From NCBI GenBank assembly GCA_046301955.1, contig JBKCJE010000076.1, forward strand, positions 2,902 to 66,901: a DNA stretch of 64,000 nucleotides, in the 5' to 3' direction. The notes under the pieces are model-generated. The model saw only the letters and a program-made list of their open reading frames with translations. It was not told the DNA's origin and did not search any database. The position numbers and the translations under genes are program-made. This DNA comes from Bacteroidota bacterium. GTDB lineage: Bacteria > Bacteroidota > Bacteroidia > NS11-12g > UBA955. Position 1 is the stretch's first letter. Every line of letters begins with the position of its first letter. Shown piece by piece: positions 28,749-38,518 of this stretch.

Positions 28749-29429
28749 ATGAAACGCATGATGAATCGCAGTTTGGCCGTTTTGGCATTGATGTTTGCTG
28801 GCATGGGCGCAGTGAAAGCCCAAGGTTTTGAATTGGAGAATGGCAAAGCAGAGCACACTTTCTACCCAGATGCAACCGCACCGGTAGATTGCACCATTCA
28901 TTTCAAGAATTTGAAAAAGTCTGCGATTGTATTTGCCTATGAGAAGTTGAGTGTTGATTATCCTTCTGTTTGGGATGTTTCTTTTTGCGACAATCGCAAT
29001 TGTTTTGCAACTTTTGTGAACAATGATACCATGGCGAAGGTCGCTCCCAACGCGGAAGCATCATTGAAAATTACGGTTTTTCCAAATGGAAAGGCGGATA
29101 CTGCTTTGGTGAAATATGCTTTGTGGGACTATGACAATCCAACGGATCGCGATACCCTTACATGGAATATTTACATCCGCTGGGGTGCTGATACCAAGTC
29201 TTGGATGGTTGATATGCTGTTGGCTTACCCTAACCCGGTTGCCGATGTGTTGCATGTGGTGGGTGTTGATGCTTGCAAAGGACAGTTGATTGATGCCAAA
29301 GGCAGTGTGGTGAGGGATGTTGTGTTGGAAGATGGTAAGTTGGATGTTTCTGAATTGCCTTCGGGGGTTTATGCCTTGATGTTGCAGACTCCTGCGGGTA
29401 TTGCTCGTGTTGGATTCGTTAGAAAATAA
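28749..29429 (+). CDS. Small secreted protein with T9SS type A C-terminal sorting domain
   Basis: Signal peptide (LAVLALMFAGMGAVKAQ). C-terminal LLAYPNPVADVLHV...LPSGVYALMLQT...FVRK matches the Por secretion tail pattern. Confidence 0.65.
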   Translation: MKRMMNRSLAVLALMFAGMGAVKAQGFELENGKAEHTFYPDATAPVDCTIHFKNLKKSAIVFAYEKLSVDYPSVWDVSFCDNRNCFATFVNNDTMAKVAPNAEASLKITVFPNGKADTALVKYALWDYDNPTDRDTLTWNIYIRWGADTKSWMVDMLLAYPNPVADVLHVVGVDACKGQLIDAKGSVVRDVVLEDGKLDVSELPSGVYALMLQTPAGIARVGFVRK

Positions 29430-29451
29430 CCAAGATTTCACTGGATAAACC

Positions 29452-31497
29452 ATGCTCGGCGTTCCAGTTATCGGTTGGGTAATTTCTTTTTTAATTGCCG
29501 CTGTTTTGGCGGTTTTACAATACTACAAATGGGTAAAAGAAAGCGGAGGAGTTAAGTCTCCTTGGCTTTTGGCGATGCTATTCCGCTTTTTTGCGTGGAT
29601 GGCACTGGTGCTATTGTTGTTCAATCCCTGGTGGATTCATGTTAAACAGTGGGTGCAAGACCCTGTATTGTTGGTATACACCGATGCGAGTATGTCGGTA
29701 AGTAAATCCGATCAAAAGCAATGGTTGCTGGCTTTGAAGAAAGTGCGTGATACCAAAGGGGTGAGGGTGGAACCTTATTTAGCCGCTGATGCGGTGGTAT
29801 TGGGTGGGCAATTGCAGGGGTTGGATACGTTCCATACAAATATGTCGGCCGTGCTTCAGCACGCCAGTGGGATTGCTTCGAATACGGCGGTTGCGGGGGT
29901 TGTTTGGATGACGGATGGCATCAATAACAGTGGGAGAAATCCGCAGTTTGAACCCGTGTTGGGGGGTGTTCCCCTTTTGTGGGTGGGGGCGGGGAATCCC
30001 AATCCACAAGTTGACGCTTCCGTTGAGGCCATACAATGTAACGAAGAGGCCTTTCTGGGGAATTCGTTTTCTGTGGAAATATCTGTCAAAAGTCAACGGA
30101 TGAAAGGCCAGTCGCTGCGCATTCAATTGAAGGCTGGCGGGGAGTTGATGTCACAAATGTGGACACCCAGTAGCGATCAAGATTGGCGAAGGTTTTCTTT
30201 CAATGTGCAGCCCAAAACAAAAGGGGCTATGCCCTTAGAAGTGATTGTGGTGGGTGACCGAAGCGATCAGAATCTGGCAAACAATAGCAAATCTAAATTC
30301 ATCAAAGTGGTGGATGAAAGGAAAAAAGTGGCCTTGTTATATGGGGCCCCTCACCCAGATATTGCTGCATTGAAAACGGCGTTGGAGTTGGGCGGACAGT
30401 ATCTCGTGACGTCGGTATCGAAAAGTCAATTTAACACAGAAGCCGATGTATATGTGCTGCACGGATGGACGATGCAATCCAAGGCTGAATTGCAACAAGT
30501 GGCCGATTGGGTGGCCTCAGGCAAAGCCCTTTGGTTGTTTACAACGGAGTCGCAAAATGTATTTGGATTATCAAAAGTTATAGGCCTTGGGGGTGAAACA
30601 AATTCTCCCAGAAATTGGCAGGAAGTGCAAGCCCATTGGAATGAGAATGAGTTGAATTGGGGCTTGGATGAGAAGGAATCGATGCGTTGGAAGGGCTATC
30701 CACCGGTGTATTCGCCTGTGTTGAAGACGGCCATCCCTCCCGGAGGTGAAACGGTCCTTTTTCAGCGATGGAGCGGAGTGAATACACAGTTGCCGCTGAT
30801 GGTGTATTGGAAAAAAGAGGCGTCTGCTTTGGCTATGTTTTATGGCGAGGGGATTTGGCGTTGGCGCATCCAAGAAAAGGCACAGAATGGCGATGCCATG
30901 GCTTTTGATGCTTGGGTGAGGCGTATGGTTGGACAGTTAGCAACGGCATCAACACAGAAGAAATCCATAGAGATTGTGCTCAGCGGCAATCAGTTTGATG
31001 TGAGAGACCGCGTGATTGCAAAGGTGGTGTGTAGAGACCGCGGAGGGATGCTGGATGATCGGGTGGAGCGTAGGCTAAGTTTATTGAATGCAAAAGGTGT
31101 ATCGCGCCCAATCAATTTGGTAAAATCAACACAAGGTTGGGAAGCAAATATATCGGGTCTTACCCAGGGTAACTACCAGTTGCGCGCTGAAACATCGGCT
31201 GGCAAGGACGTAGATGAAAAACAAATTGTGGTGGTGGATCAGCCATCTGAGACCCTGAATACCCAGGCAAATCATGCACTGTTGAAACAGTTGGCCACCC
31301 AAACAGATGGGGGCTTTTTGCCACTGGAACAGGCTGATTCGTTGTCGCAGCTCATCGCCCAGAAAATTGTGGCTAAGCCGATTTTGAAAGCGCAGTCACA
31401 GAATGTGCATTGGTGGGAGCTTTGGGGTTGGATGTTGACAATCGCACTGTGTTTTGGAGTGGAATGGTGGATTCGTCGTTATTTGGGTAAGTATTAA
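29452..31497 (+). CDS. Membrane-anchored VWA-like domain protein (BatA-like N-terminal double TM, C-terminal TM)
   Basis: Two N-terminal TM helices. DASMS (DxSxS MIDAS) at LLVYTDASMSV, with WMTDGINNSG downstream. A terminal TM helix (WELWGWMLTIALCFGVEWWI). Confidence 0.5.
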   Translation: MLGVPVIGWVISFLIAAVLAVLQYYKWVKESGGVKSPWLLAMLFRFFAWMALVLLLFNPWWIHVKQWVQDPVLLVYTDASMSVSKSDQKQWLLALKKVRDTKGVRVEPYLAADAVVLGGQLQGLDTFHTNMSAVLQHASGIASNTAVAGVVWMTDGINNSGRNPQFEPVLGGVPLLWVGAGNPNPQVDASVEAIQCNEEAFLGNSFSVEISVKSQRMKGQSLRIQLKAGGELMSQMWTPSSDQDWRRFSFNVQPKTKGAMPLEVIVVGDRSDQNLANNSKSKFIKVVDERKKVALLYGAPHPDIAALKTALELGGQYLVTSVSKSQFNTEADVYVLHGWTMQSKAELQQVADWVASGKALWLFTTESQNVFGLSKVIGLGGETNSPRNWQEVQAHWNENELNWGLDEKESMRWKGYPPVYSPVLKTAIPPGGETVLFQRWSGVNTQLPLMVYWKKEASALAMFYGEGIWRWRIQEKAQNGDAMAFDAWVRRMVGQLATASTQKKSIEIVLSGNQFDVRDRVIAKVVCRDRGGMLDDRVERRLSLLNAKGVSRPINLVKSTQGWEANISGLTQGNYQLRAETSAGKDVDEKQIVVVDQPSETLNTQANHALLKQLATQTDGGFLPLEQADSLSQLIAQKIVAKPILKAQSQNVHWWELWGWMLTIALCFGVEWWIRRYLGKY

Positions 31498-31523
31498 TCA
31501 ATCACAATCCCGAACTTTGTGCC

Positions 31524-32714
31524 ATGGCGAGAATTGTCGTTGGTATGAGTGGCGGAGTTGATAGCTCTGTGGTGGCTTTGTTGTTGAAGCAGCAAGGTCA
31601 TGAGGTCATCGGACTTTTCATGCGCAATTGGAATGACGCCAGCGTTACCCTGGAAGATGAATGTCCATGGATCGACGATAGCAGAGATGCAATGTTGGTG
31701 GCTGAGCATTTGGGAATTCCCTTTCAGGTATTGGATTTGAGTGCCTTGTACAAGGAACGTATTGTAGACTATATGTTTGCGGAGTATGGTCGCGGACGAA
31801 CGCCCAATCCCGATGTTTTGTGTAATCGCGAGATTAAATTTGACGTGTTTTTGGATGAGGCGCTGAAGTTGGGTGCCGATTTTGTGGCAACCGGACACTA
31901 CGTTCGCAAGGAGGAGGTTGTTGGGGTGGATGACAAGAGGGAATACCGACTGATGCGCGGCAGGGATGCGAACAAGGATCAGAGTTATTTTCTGTGTCAA
32001 TTGAATCAGTTTCAATTGTCGAAGGCGTTGTTTCCAATTGGTGATCTGGAAAAAAGTGAGGTACGGCGATTGGCCGAAGCGGGTGGATTGGTGACGGCGG
32101 GGAAGAAAGACAGTCAGGGTTTGTGTTTCATTGGCCATGTGAGTTTGCCTGATTTTTTACAGCAAAAGCTCAGTGTGAAAGAAGGGGATGTGATTGAAAT
32201 TGCGCGCGATGCACCCGCAGTATTGGCCCATAAGGAACGGGTCTTGCGGGGCGATGGGATTGATAATCCTTCGGTATGGCACGCCCATTTTGAGCGTGGT
32301 GACGGCAAGGTGATTGCCAAACACAATGGCGCACATTTTTATACGCGCGGTCAGCGAAGGGGGTTGCAAATTGGTGGGAAACCATTGCCATTGTTTGTGT
32401 TGCAGACCAATGTGGTAGAAAATGTGATTTATGTAGGACAGGGTGATAATCACTGGGGATTAATATCTAGTGGCTTGTTTATTCGGATGGAAGAAGCCCA
32501 TTGGGTGAGGCCGAGTTTGAAGCAAGCAGTTTTGGAATCGGCTGAATTGCAATGTAGATTTCGATACCGACAGGCGCTGGTTGGTTGTAAATTATTGGCA
32601 ATGAATGGGGGTTACCAAGTGGTTTTTGGTGCGCCCGATAAGGCCGTTACGGCAGGACAATTTGTTGCGATTTATTGGAACGACGAGATTGTTTTCAGCG
32701 GTGCAATTGCTTGA
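31524..32714 (+). CDS. mnmA: tRNA 2-thiouridine(34) synthase
   Basis: MARIVVGMSGGVDSSV PP-loop. The CNREIKF and GHY segments are present. 396 aa. Confidence 0.95.
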   Translation: MARIVVGMSGGVDSSVVALLLKQQGHEVIGLFMRNWNDASVTLEDECPWIDDSRDAMLVAEHLGIPFQVLDLSALYKERIVDYMFAEYGRGRTPNPDVLCNREIKFDVFLDEALKLGADFVATGHYVRKEEVVGVDDKREYRLMRGRDANKDQSYFLCQLNQFQLSKALFPIGDLEKSEVRRLAEAGGLVTAGKKDSQGLCFIGHVSLPDFLQQKLSVKEGDVIEIARDAPAVLAHKERVLRGDGIDNPSVWHAHFERGDGKVIAKHNGAHFYTRGQRRGLQIGGKPLPLFVLQTNVVENVIYVGQGDNHWGLISSGLFIRMEEAHWVRPSLKQAVLESAELQCRFRYRQALVGCKLLAMNGGYQVVFGAPDKAVTAGQFVAIYWNDEIVFSGAIA

Positions 32715-32830
32715 TGGCATGGATTATGACCATATTGGTCTTTGAATTGTCATAAATATTCATCTCAAAGCAACGAAAATGGGGTTTTAAGCGTTATGTA
32801 CTTTGTACATAATCGGAACTAATCACAGTA

Positions 32831-35800
32831 ATGAAAATAATTAAAAAAATTACGCTCGTTTTATTCATTTTATTTTTGGCGAGTGGTAAGAATTTGAATG
32901 CCCAGATCACCTCTACCGGTAAAACGTTTTATATGAGTTTTATGGAGATGGAAACCCGTAACGGGGGTCTGCCCGACACGTTGTTGTTATTCGTTACCTC
33001 AGAGGTGAATACAACGCTTGTCCTAGACAATCCTCGTGTGGCGGGATCTAATCAAACGGTGAATATCACTGCGGGCAAGGTGAACCGCATTGAAGTTGAT
33101 AGAACCTATTACTATCCAGTGGGTTCTGAGTTTACTGCCACGGATGTGAACAGTAAAAAGGGGTTGCGTATCGTAGCCAAGGATCCAGTAAACGTATATT
33201 GTTTGAATCTAGAGTTAAACCGTTCAGACGCCACGTTTGTGCTGCCTTACGAGAGTATTCCCTCTGCGCCGGAGTTTTACATTGCAAGTTTCCCAAACAA
33301 TGCAGGTACAGGAGGTTTTCCGACTTCCAATCGTTGGGCTGAGAGTGAATTTGTGATCATCGGTATGGATGCCAACGTAAAAGTAGAAATCACACCTACG
33401 GTTGATACCAAAGGAGGGAAAACGGCGGGTACGCCATTTACGGTAACATTGGCACGGGGGCAAGTTTATGAATTGCAATCGAAAAATACTGATGGTACGA
33501 ACAATACGGATCCTGCAGCTACCTCTTGGTCAACTACGGGTGCGATAAAAGGTGATTTAACAGGAACGCGCGTGAGGGTGGTTGAGGGATGCGGTAAAAT
33601 CAACGTTTTCTCCGGTGCTCGTTCAAGCCACGTTACCAAAGGGAACTGCGGTTCAGGAATCAATGGTCGGGATCACTTGTATACGCAAGTATTGCCAACG
33701 GCCGCTTTGGGTAAGGATTATGTATTGATGCCGTTTAGTGGGCAAACCGGTGGATACGCCTACAAAGTGATCGCTGCGAAGGATACCACTAAGGTATTTG
33801 TAAACGGAACCTTGGTCAATACAATATTGAAAAAGGGACAGTGGATCTACGGACATATTACCACTGCGGTAGCCACCAGTATTTCAACGGATAAACCAGC
33901 GTATGTAGTTCAATACATGAAAAATGGCGTTTGTTCAGGTTTGTCGGGACAGAATGGTGATCCTGCCATGTTTATTTCTCCCGATGTAAATCAACAACTG
34001 ATTAAAACCCTGGTGGGAACAGCCACAACGAGCAATATGAACCAACACTGGGTGAATATTTTGATCCGTCAAACGGCCAAGAACTCAGTAAAAGTCAACG
34101 GTTCTTCAATTACGGCGGGTAGCTTTACCAACGTTGGAACAAAGTATGCTTACGCACAGGTAAAAGTGAACAATCCAAGTTCAAATACCATCCAGAGCGA
34201 TTCTGGTTTTGTTTGTGTGGCATATGGCGTAGGTCCGTATGAAAGTTATGCTTATTCTGCCGGTGCCGTTTTCGAAAACGTGGATTACGACATAAAAGTA
34301 ACCCGTAAGACCCAGTGTCCGGGAGAAGATGTAAAAATCGAAGCTGTGGTCGCCGGTAAGCCCAAAATCAAGGGGTACCGTTGGAATTTCGGTGATGGAA
34401 CATCCGATACGGGTAAATCAGTAGTGCATAAATTCAAAAAAATTGGAACCTATTATGTGGTGGTGAAAATTCCCATCACGGCTGATTGTGGCCAGGTGGA
34501 TACCATTACAAGGAGTAAAATCGTGACCATCAAACAAGGTCCTGTATTTGACTTTCCTGATACCACAACCCAGTGCTCTACTGCGGTGAAGCAATTATTT
34601 ACAGGTCCAACATCGAACAAGTTCTTGTACAAGTGGCAGGATTCAACAAGATTGCAAACCTTCACGATGCAAAAAGAGGGTAAGGTTTGGCTCCGCGTGT
34701 TGGATACCTCCACCAATTGCGTAACCATTGACTCTTCTTGGGTGCGCAGGGCCGATGCCTTGAATGCGAAAATCAATTTTGATACCTTGGATATGTGTTA
34801 CAAGACGAACCGTTTTGTGATGACCGATGGAACAAAATTCAATAATGACGCTTGGAAGATTTCTCGCTGGCGTTTGTTTGATGATTATAAACAGATGTTT
34901 GTGAGTAGAGATAGTTTCAGATTCCGATACACCTTTGATTCTCTCAGTACAAACAAATTGCGCTACATAGTTGAGTCTACGAAGGGGTGCAGGGATACAA
35001 TTGATACACTGCTGATTGTTTATCCATATCCCATGGCGAAACTAGCGGCATCTTCTGCGTATTTCTGCCAGAATGCCGATGTGACCTTTACCGATAGTTC
35101 TGTCAGTAACGAGGGTGTGGGTTCTTCCATTTGGGATTTTGGCAATGGGGCGAAGGACACTGCTTTGCCTTACACGACCAAATATAAATTTACGGCTGAA
35201 GGGTCATTCAAAGTGAGATTAATCACGGTTACGCCGTTTGGATGTAGGGACACCATCGACTCTACTTTTGTGGTAAGACCGGCACCGCTGAACAAGATAG
35301 ATATCAAACAGATTAGTTTGTGTTTAAAGACGAATGAATTCGATTTTACCGATCAGTCTACGATCTCTGCTGGTACCTACACCACCGGCTGGACGTTTAA
35401 AAATAATCAAACAGCCACCACGTCGGCCATCAAATCTGTTAAGTTTACCGATACCGGTTGGCACAGGGTGATACTGAAAAATACCTCGGATTATGGTTGT
35501 ATCGATATAGATACGGTCAAGGTTTTTGTGGCGCCCGAGCCAAAAGCATATTTTCAGGTTACAGATTCGTCGCAATGTTTTCAAGGACACTTCTTTGACT
35601 TGGCCGATGCAAGTACTGCACCCATTAATGCGTTGTTGAATTCGAAATCGGACTGGAAATATCAAAACGGTACCTACAACTACGCGAAGATTGTACCGAA
35701 TAAAACCTTTACGTCGCCAGGAAAATATTGGATACGCATCATCGCCACCACTGCCGTTGGATGTAAAGATTCTTTCCAACGAGAGGTAGAGGTATTTGAT

Positions 35801-37339
35801 ATGCCAAAGGCAGATATTTTGGGTGCTGGCAAGCAACAGTGTTTGGCAGGTAATAAATTTACCTTCAAGCAACAATATCCTTGGACAGGCGCAAATCCTA
35901 CCCACGTTTGGACAACTTCAGATGGAGGCAGCGGTTCTGGTGATTCTTTGGTGAGGTCTTTCACCGCGATGGGTAAGTATCGTGTTTTCCATAGTATTAC
36001 GACGAATGATGGCTGTTTTGATTCCACTTCGGAAGTGGTTGATGTTGTGCCATCGCCCAAAGCATCGTTTACCACAAGCAAGGATACTGCTTGTTTGGGC
36101 GGACATCAATTCACGTTTACTGATAATACTGTCTTTGGTTCAACCTATACCAGTGAATGGTCTTTGGGTGATGGAACCAAATCTACTTTGAAGAGCATTA
36201 CCGCAAAAGGCTATCTGTCGGCCGGTAAATTTGATGTCAAGTTGGTGCTTTCTTCTTCTGCGGGTTGTAAGGATTCCATCACGAAATCAGTGAATGTTTG
36301 GCCTGTGCCGCAAGCCAATTTTGCGGTGAACAATGCAGAACAGTGTTTAACAGGGAATTCCTTTGTTGCAAGCAATATTACTTCTGAAAATTCTGCAACC
36401 GGTGTAGCGTATACTTGGTTGGTGAAGGGAGTGCCATTGGCGAGCGTAAAAAACATTCCTGCTCAAACCTTGCCTGATACCGGAGACTATCCAGTGAAAT
36501 TGCGTGTGGTGTCTGACAAAGGTTGTGGCAGTGAAAAGTCGATGGTATTGCGTGTAAATGAGCATCCCACAGTGAGTATAACAGGAATGAATGCTTGTGC
36601 GGAAGTGCCCATTCAATTTGGATCAAATGCAAAGGTGAATCGCGGAAGTATTGCTTCTTACAGCTGGAATTTCGGCAATGGTTTTACTTCGAACATTGCA
36701 AATCCCCTGCAAGCGTACAGTACAGACGGAGCTTATAATGTGAGTTTGACAGTGGTTTCTGACAAAGGATGTTCAACAACATCAGCGGCTTTGCCCATTG
36801 CGGTGCAGCCGAAGCCGGTGGCAGACTTTACAGGGGAGTATTTACTGTCGCGCGGACTTGAGACCGATTGGAAATTTACCTTTACGGGCAAGAATACGGA
36901 TACCTACAATTGGGTATTCCAAGACGGACAGACTTCTACGTCGAGTGTGCCATTCTTCATGACATTCTCCGGAACGGGGGATTTCAAGACGATGTTGATC
37001 GCAAGCAATTCGAGTGGGTGTTCGGATACCATTTGGAAGAATATTTTCTTGAAGCCAGAGTTGTTGTTCCATTTGCCCAATGCCTTTACGCCAAACGTGG
37101 ATGGATTGAATGAGGAGTTTAAGCCATTCCAATCTTTTGGGATGTCGAAGTACCGCATGACAATTGTGAATCGTTGGGGAGAGATCTTGTTCTACTCAGA
37201 GGATCCAAGTGTGGGATGGAAGGGTCTTGACGCTGAGGGCGATCCGGTGATGGAAGGTGTTTACGCGTATGCAATTACGTTCCGTTATATCGACGGGGTG
37301 ATGCATGCTTATAAGGGTACTGTGACGATTATAAAGTAA
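32831..37339 (+). CDS. Giant PKD-repeat surface protein with T9SS type B (gliding-motility-associated CHU_C) C-terminal domain
   Basis: Signal peptide. An N-terminal ~450 aa IgGFc-binding-like domain. Many PKD-like repeats (WNFGDGT, WDFGNGA, WSLGDGT, WNFGNGF, each ending ...GC.D). C-terminal LPNAFTPNVDGLNEEF...NRWGEILF...GVYAYA. Confidence 0.8.
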   Translation: MKIIKKITLVLFILFLASGKNLNAQITSTGKTFYMSFMEMETRNGGLPDTLLLFVTSEVNTTLVLDNPRVAGSNQTVNITAGKVNRIEVDRTYYYPVGSEFTATDVNSKKGLRIVAKDPVNVYCLNLELNRSDATFVLPYESIPSAPEFYIASFPNNAGTGGFPTSNRWAESEFVIIGMDANVKVEITPTVDTKGGKTAGTPFTVTLARGQVYELQSKNTDGTNNTDPAATSWSTTGAIKGDLTGTRVRVVEGCGKINVFSGARSSHVTKGNCGSGINGRDHLYTQVLPTAALGKDYVLMPFSGQTGGYAYKVIAAKDTTKVFVNGTLVNTILKKGQWIYGHITTAVATSISTDKPAYVVQYMKNGVCSGLSGQNGDPAMFISPDVNQQLIKTLVGTATTSNMNQHWVNILIRQTAKNSVKVNGSSITAGSFTNVGTKYAYAQVKVNNPSSNTIQSDSGFVCVAYGVGPYESYAYSAGAVFENVDYDIKVTRKTQCPGEDVKIEAVVAGKPKIKGYRWNFGDGTSDTGKSVVHKFKKIGTYYVVVKIPITADCGQVDTITRSKIVTIKQGPVFDFPDTTTQCSTAVKQLFTGPTSNKFLYKWQDSTRLQTFTMQKEGKVWLRVLDTSTNCVTIDSSWVRRADALNAKINFDTLDMCYKTNRFVMTDGTKFNNDAWKISRWRLFDDYKQMFVSRDSFRFRYTFDSLSTNKLRYIVESTKGCRDTIDTLLIVYPYPMAKLAASSAYFCQNADVTFTDSSVSNEGVGSSIWDFGNGAKDTALPYTTKYKFTAEGSFKVRLITVTPFGCRDTIDSTFVVRPAPLNKIDIKQISLCLKTNEFDFTDQSTISAGTYTTGWTFKNNQTATTSAIKSVKFTDTGWHRVILKNTSDYGCIDIDTVKVFVAPEPKAYFQVTDSSQCFQGHFFDLADASTAPINALLNSKSDWKYQNGTYNYAKIVPNKTFTSPGKYWIRIIATTAVGCKDSFQREVEVFDMPKADILGAGKQQCLAGNKFTFKQQYPWTGANPTHVWTTSDGGSGSGDSLVRSFTAMGKYRVFHSITTNDGCFDSTSEVVDVVPSPKASFTTSKDTACLGGHQFTFTDNTVFGSTYTSEWSLGDGTKSTLKSITAKGYLSAGKFDVKLVLSSSAGCKDSITKSVNVWPVPQANFAVNNAEQCLTGNSFVASNITSENSATGVAYTWLVKGVPLASVKNIPAQTLPDTGDYPVKLRVVSDKGCGSEKSMVLRVNEHPTVSITGMNACAEVPIQFGSNAKVNRGSIASYSWNFGNGFTSNIANPLQAYSTDGAYNVSLTVVSDKGCSTTSAALPIAVQPKPVADFTGEYLLSRGLETDWKFTFTGKNTDTYNWVFQDGQTSTSSVPFFMTFSGTGDFKTMLIASNSSGCSDTIWKNIFLKPELLFHLPNAFTPNVDGLNEEFKPFQSFGMSKYRMTIVNRWGEILFYSEDPSVGWKGLDAEGDPVMEGVYAYAITFRYIDGVMHAYKGTVTIIK

Positions 37340-37366
37340 CGATTGTTGGGGTGGTGGATTCTCCGC

Positions 37367-37416
37367 CACATAAAACAGAAAAGGGACGCCATGGCGTCCC
37401 TTTTCTGTTTTATGTG
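37367..37416. terminator. Perfect 50-bp palindrome; bidirectional terminator between the giant adhesin gene and rpoD
   Basis: CACATAAAACAGAAAAGGGACGCCAT|ATGGCGTCCCTTTTCTGTTTTATGTG (the central AT is written on both sides of the bar; the site is 50 bp). GC core flanked by A-rich and T-rich arms. Read directly. Confidence 0.7.
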
Positions 37417-37519
37417 CTCAGTCTATTTACAATTGCTGATTATCTATTGAGTCTCCAAATGAGGAAAGACAAGAAAATCAGGACGGCAATTGTAATAATC
37501 ACTGTTACTGGTCTGATTG

Positions 37520-38383
37520 TTAACCCAAGTATGTTTTCAAGATTTTGCTCTTACTCGATTTGCGTAAACGACGCAATGCCTTTTCTTTAATCTGACGAAC
37601 GCGCTCACGGGTTAAACCTACCTTCTCTGAAATGTCTTCCAGTGTGTGTGCGGCATTGCCATCCAAACCGAAGTAGTATTTCAATACATCGCGCTCTTTG
37701 TCGGATAGGGTAGAGATCACACGGTTGATTTCGTTTTGCAACGATTCGTTCAACAATGGCATATCGGGATTGGGTTCGTCGTTTTGGTCCAAAACACCCA
37801 ACAAAGTATTGTCTTCACCTTCTGCCAATGGTGCATCGATGCTCAAATGACGACCGGATGAACGCAAAGCATTTTCAACCTCTGACAACGAAATTTCCAA
37901 CGATTCGGCAATTTCTTGTGGCGTTGGTTCACGCTCCAGTTCTTGCTCCAAACGAGCCGATGCCTGGGTAATTCTTCCCAAACTGCCTACTTTGTTCAAT
38001 GGTAAACGTACGATACGACTTTGGTCTGCCAATGCCTGCAAAATGCTCTGACGAATCCACCAAACGGCGTAGGAGATGAATTTGAAACCACGGGTTTCAT
38101 CGAATCGCTTTGCTGCTTTGATGAGGCCCATGTTGCCTTCATTGATCAAATCGCCGAGTGTAAGACCTTGGTTTTGGTACTGTTTAGACACAGAAACCAC
38201 AAAACGCAAGTTGGCATTCACCAGTTTTTCCAATGCAGCTTGGTCGCCTTCGCGAATTCTACGTGCCAACTCAACTTCCTCTTGGGCGTCGATCATTGGT
38301 ACTTTTGAGATTTCGTTGAGGTATTTGTCAAGCGATTTGTTTTCGCGATTGGTAAACTGTTTTGAAATTTTTAACTGCCTCAT
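37520..38383 (-). CDS. rpoD: RNA polymerase primary sigma factor (Bacteroidota sigma A)
   Basis: 287 aa. Region 2 ([12 protein letters not shown]), region 3 and region 4 ([28 protein letters not shown]) are present. Confidence 0.95.
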   Translation of the reverse strand: MRQLKISKQFTNRENKSLDKYLNEISKVPMIDAQEEVELARRIREGDQAALEKLVNANLRFVVSVSKQYQNQGLTLGDLINEGNMGLIKAAKRFDETRGFKFISYAVWWIRQSILQALADQSRIVRLPLNKVGSLGRITQASARLEQELEREPTPQEIAESLEISLSEVENALRSSGRHLSIDAPLAEGEDNTLLGVLDQNDEPNPDMPLLNESLQNEINRVISTLSDKERDVLKYYFGLDGNAAHTLEDISEKVGLTRERVRQIKEKALRRLRKSSKSKILKTYLG

Positions 38384-38436
38384 GTTTGCTATTGCTATTC
38401 TGTGTTACTTTAGTGACTGATGTATATTCAGCCTTG

Positions 38437-38444
38437 CAAAAATA
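38437..38444 (-). promoter_or_regulatory. -7 promoter box TATTTTTG upstream of rpoD
   Basis: Minus-strand TAnnTTTG about 53 nt upstream of the rpoD ATG. Confidence 0.35.
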
Positions 38445-38518
38445 CAAAATAAAGTTGAATAGATTTTGGGATAATTTTGAATCTCCCACTTTGTTTGTAG
38501 AAGTTTCGCTGGGTATTT

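Noticed and set aside
31494-32138. A 214-aa ORF antisense to mnmA.
   Set aside because: mnmA is unambiguous (PP-loop SGGVDSS), and the antisense product shows no motif.
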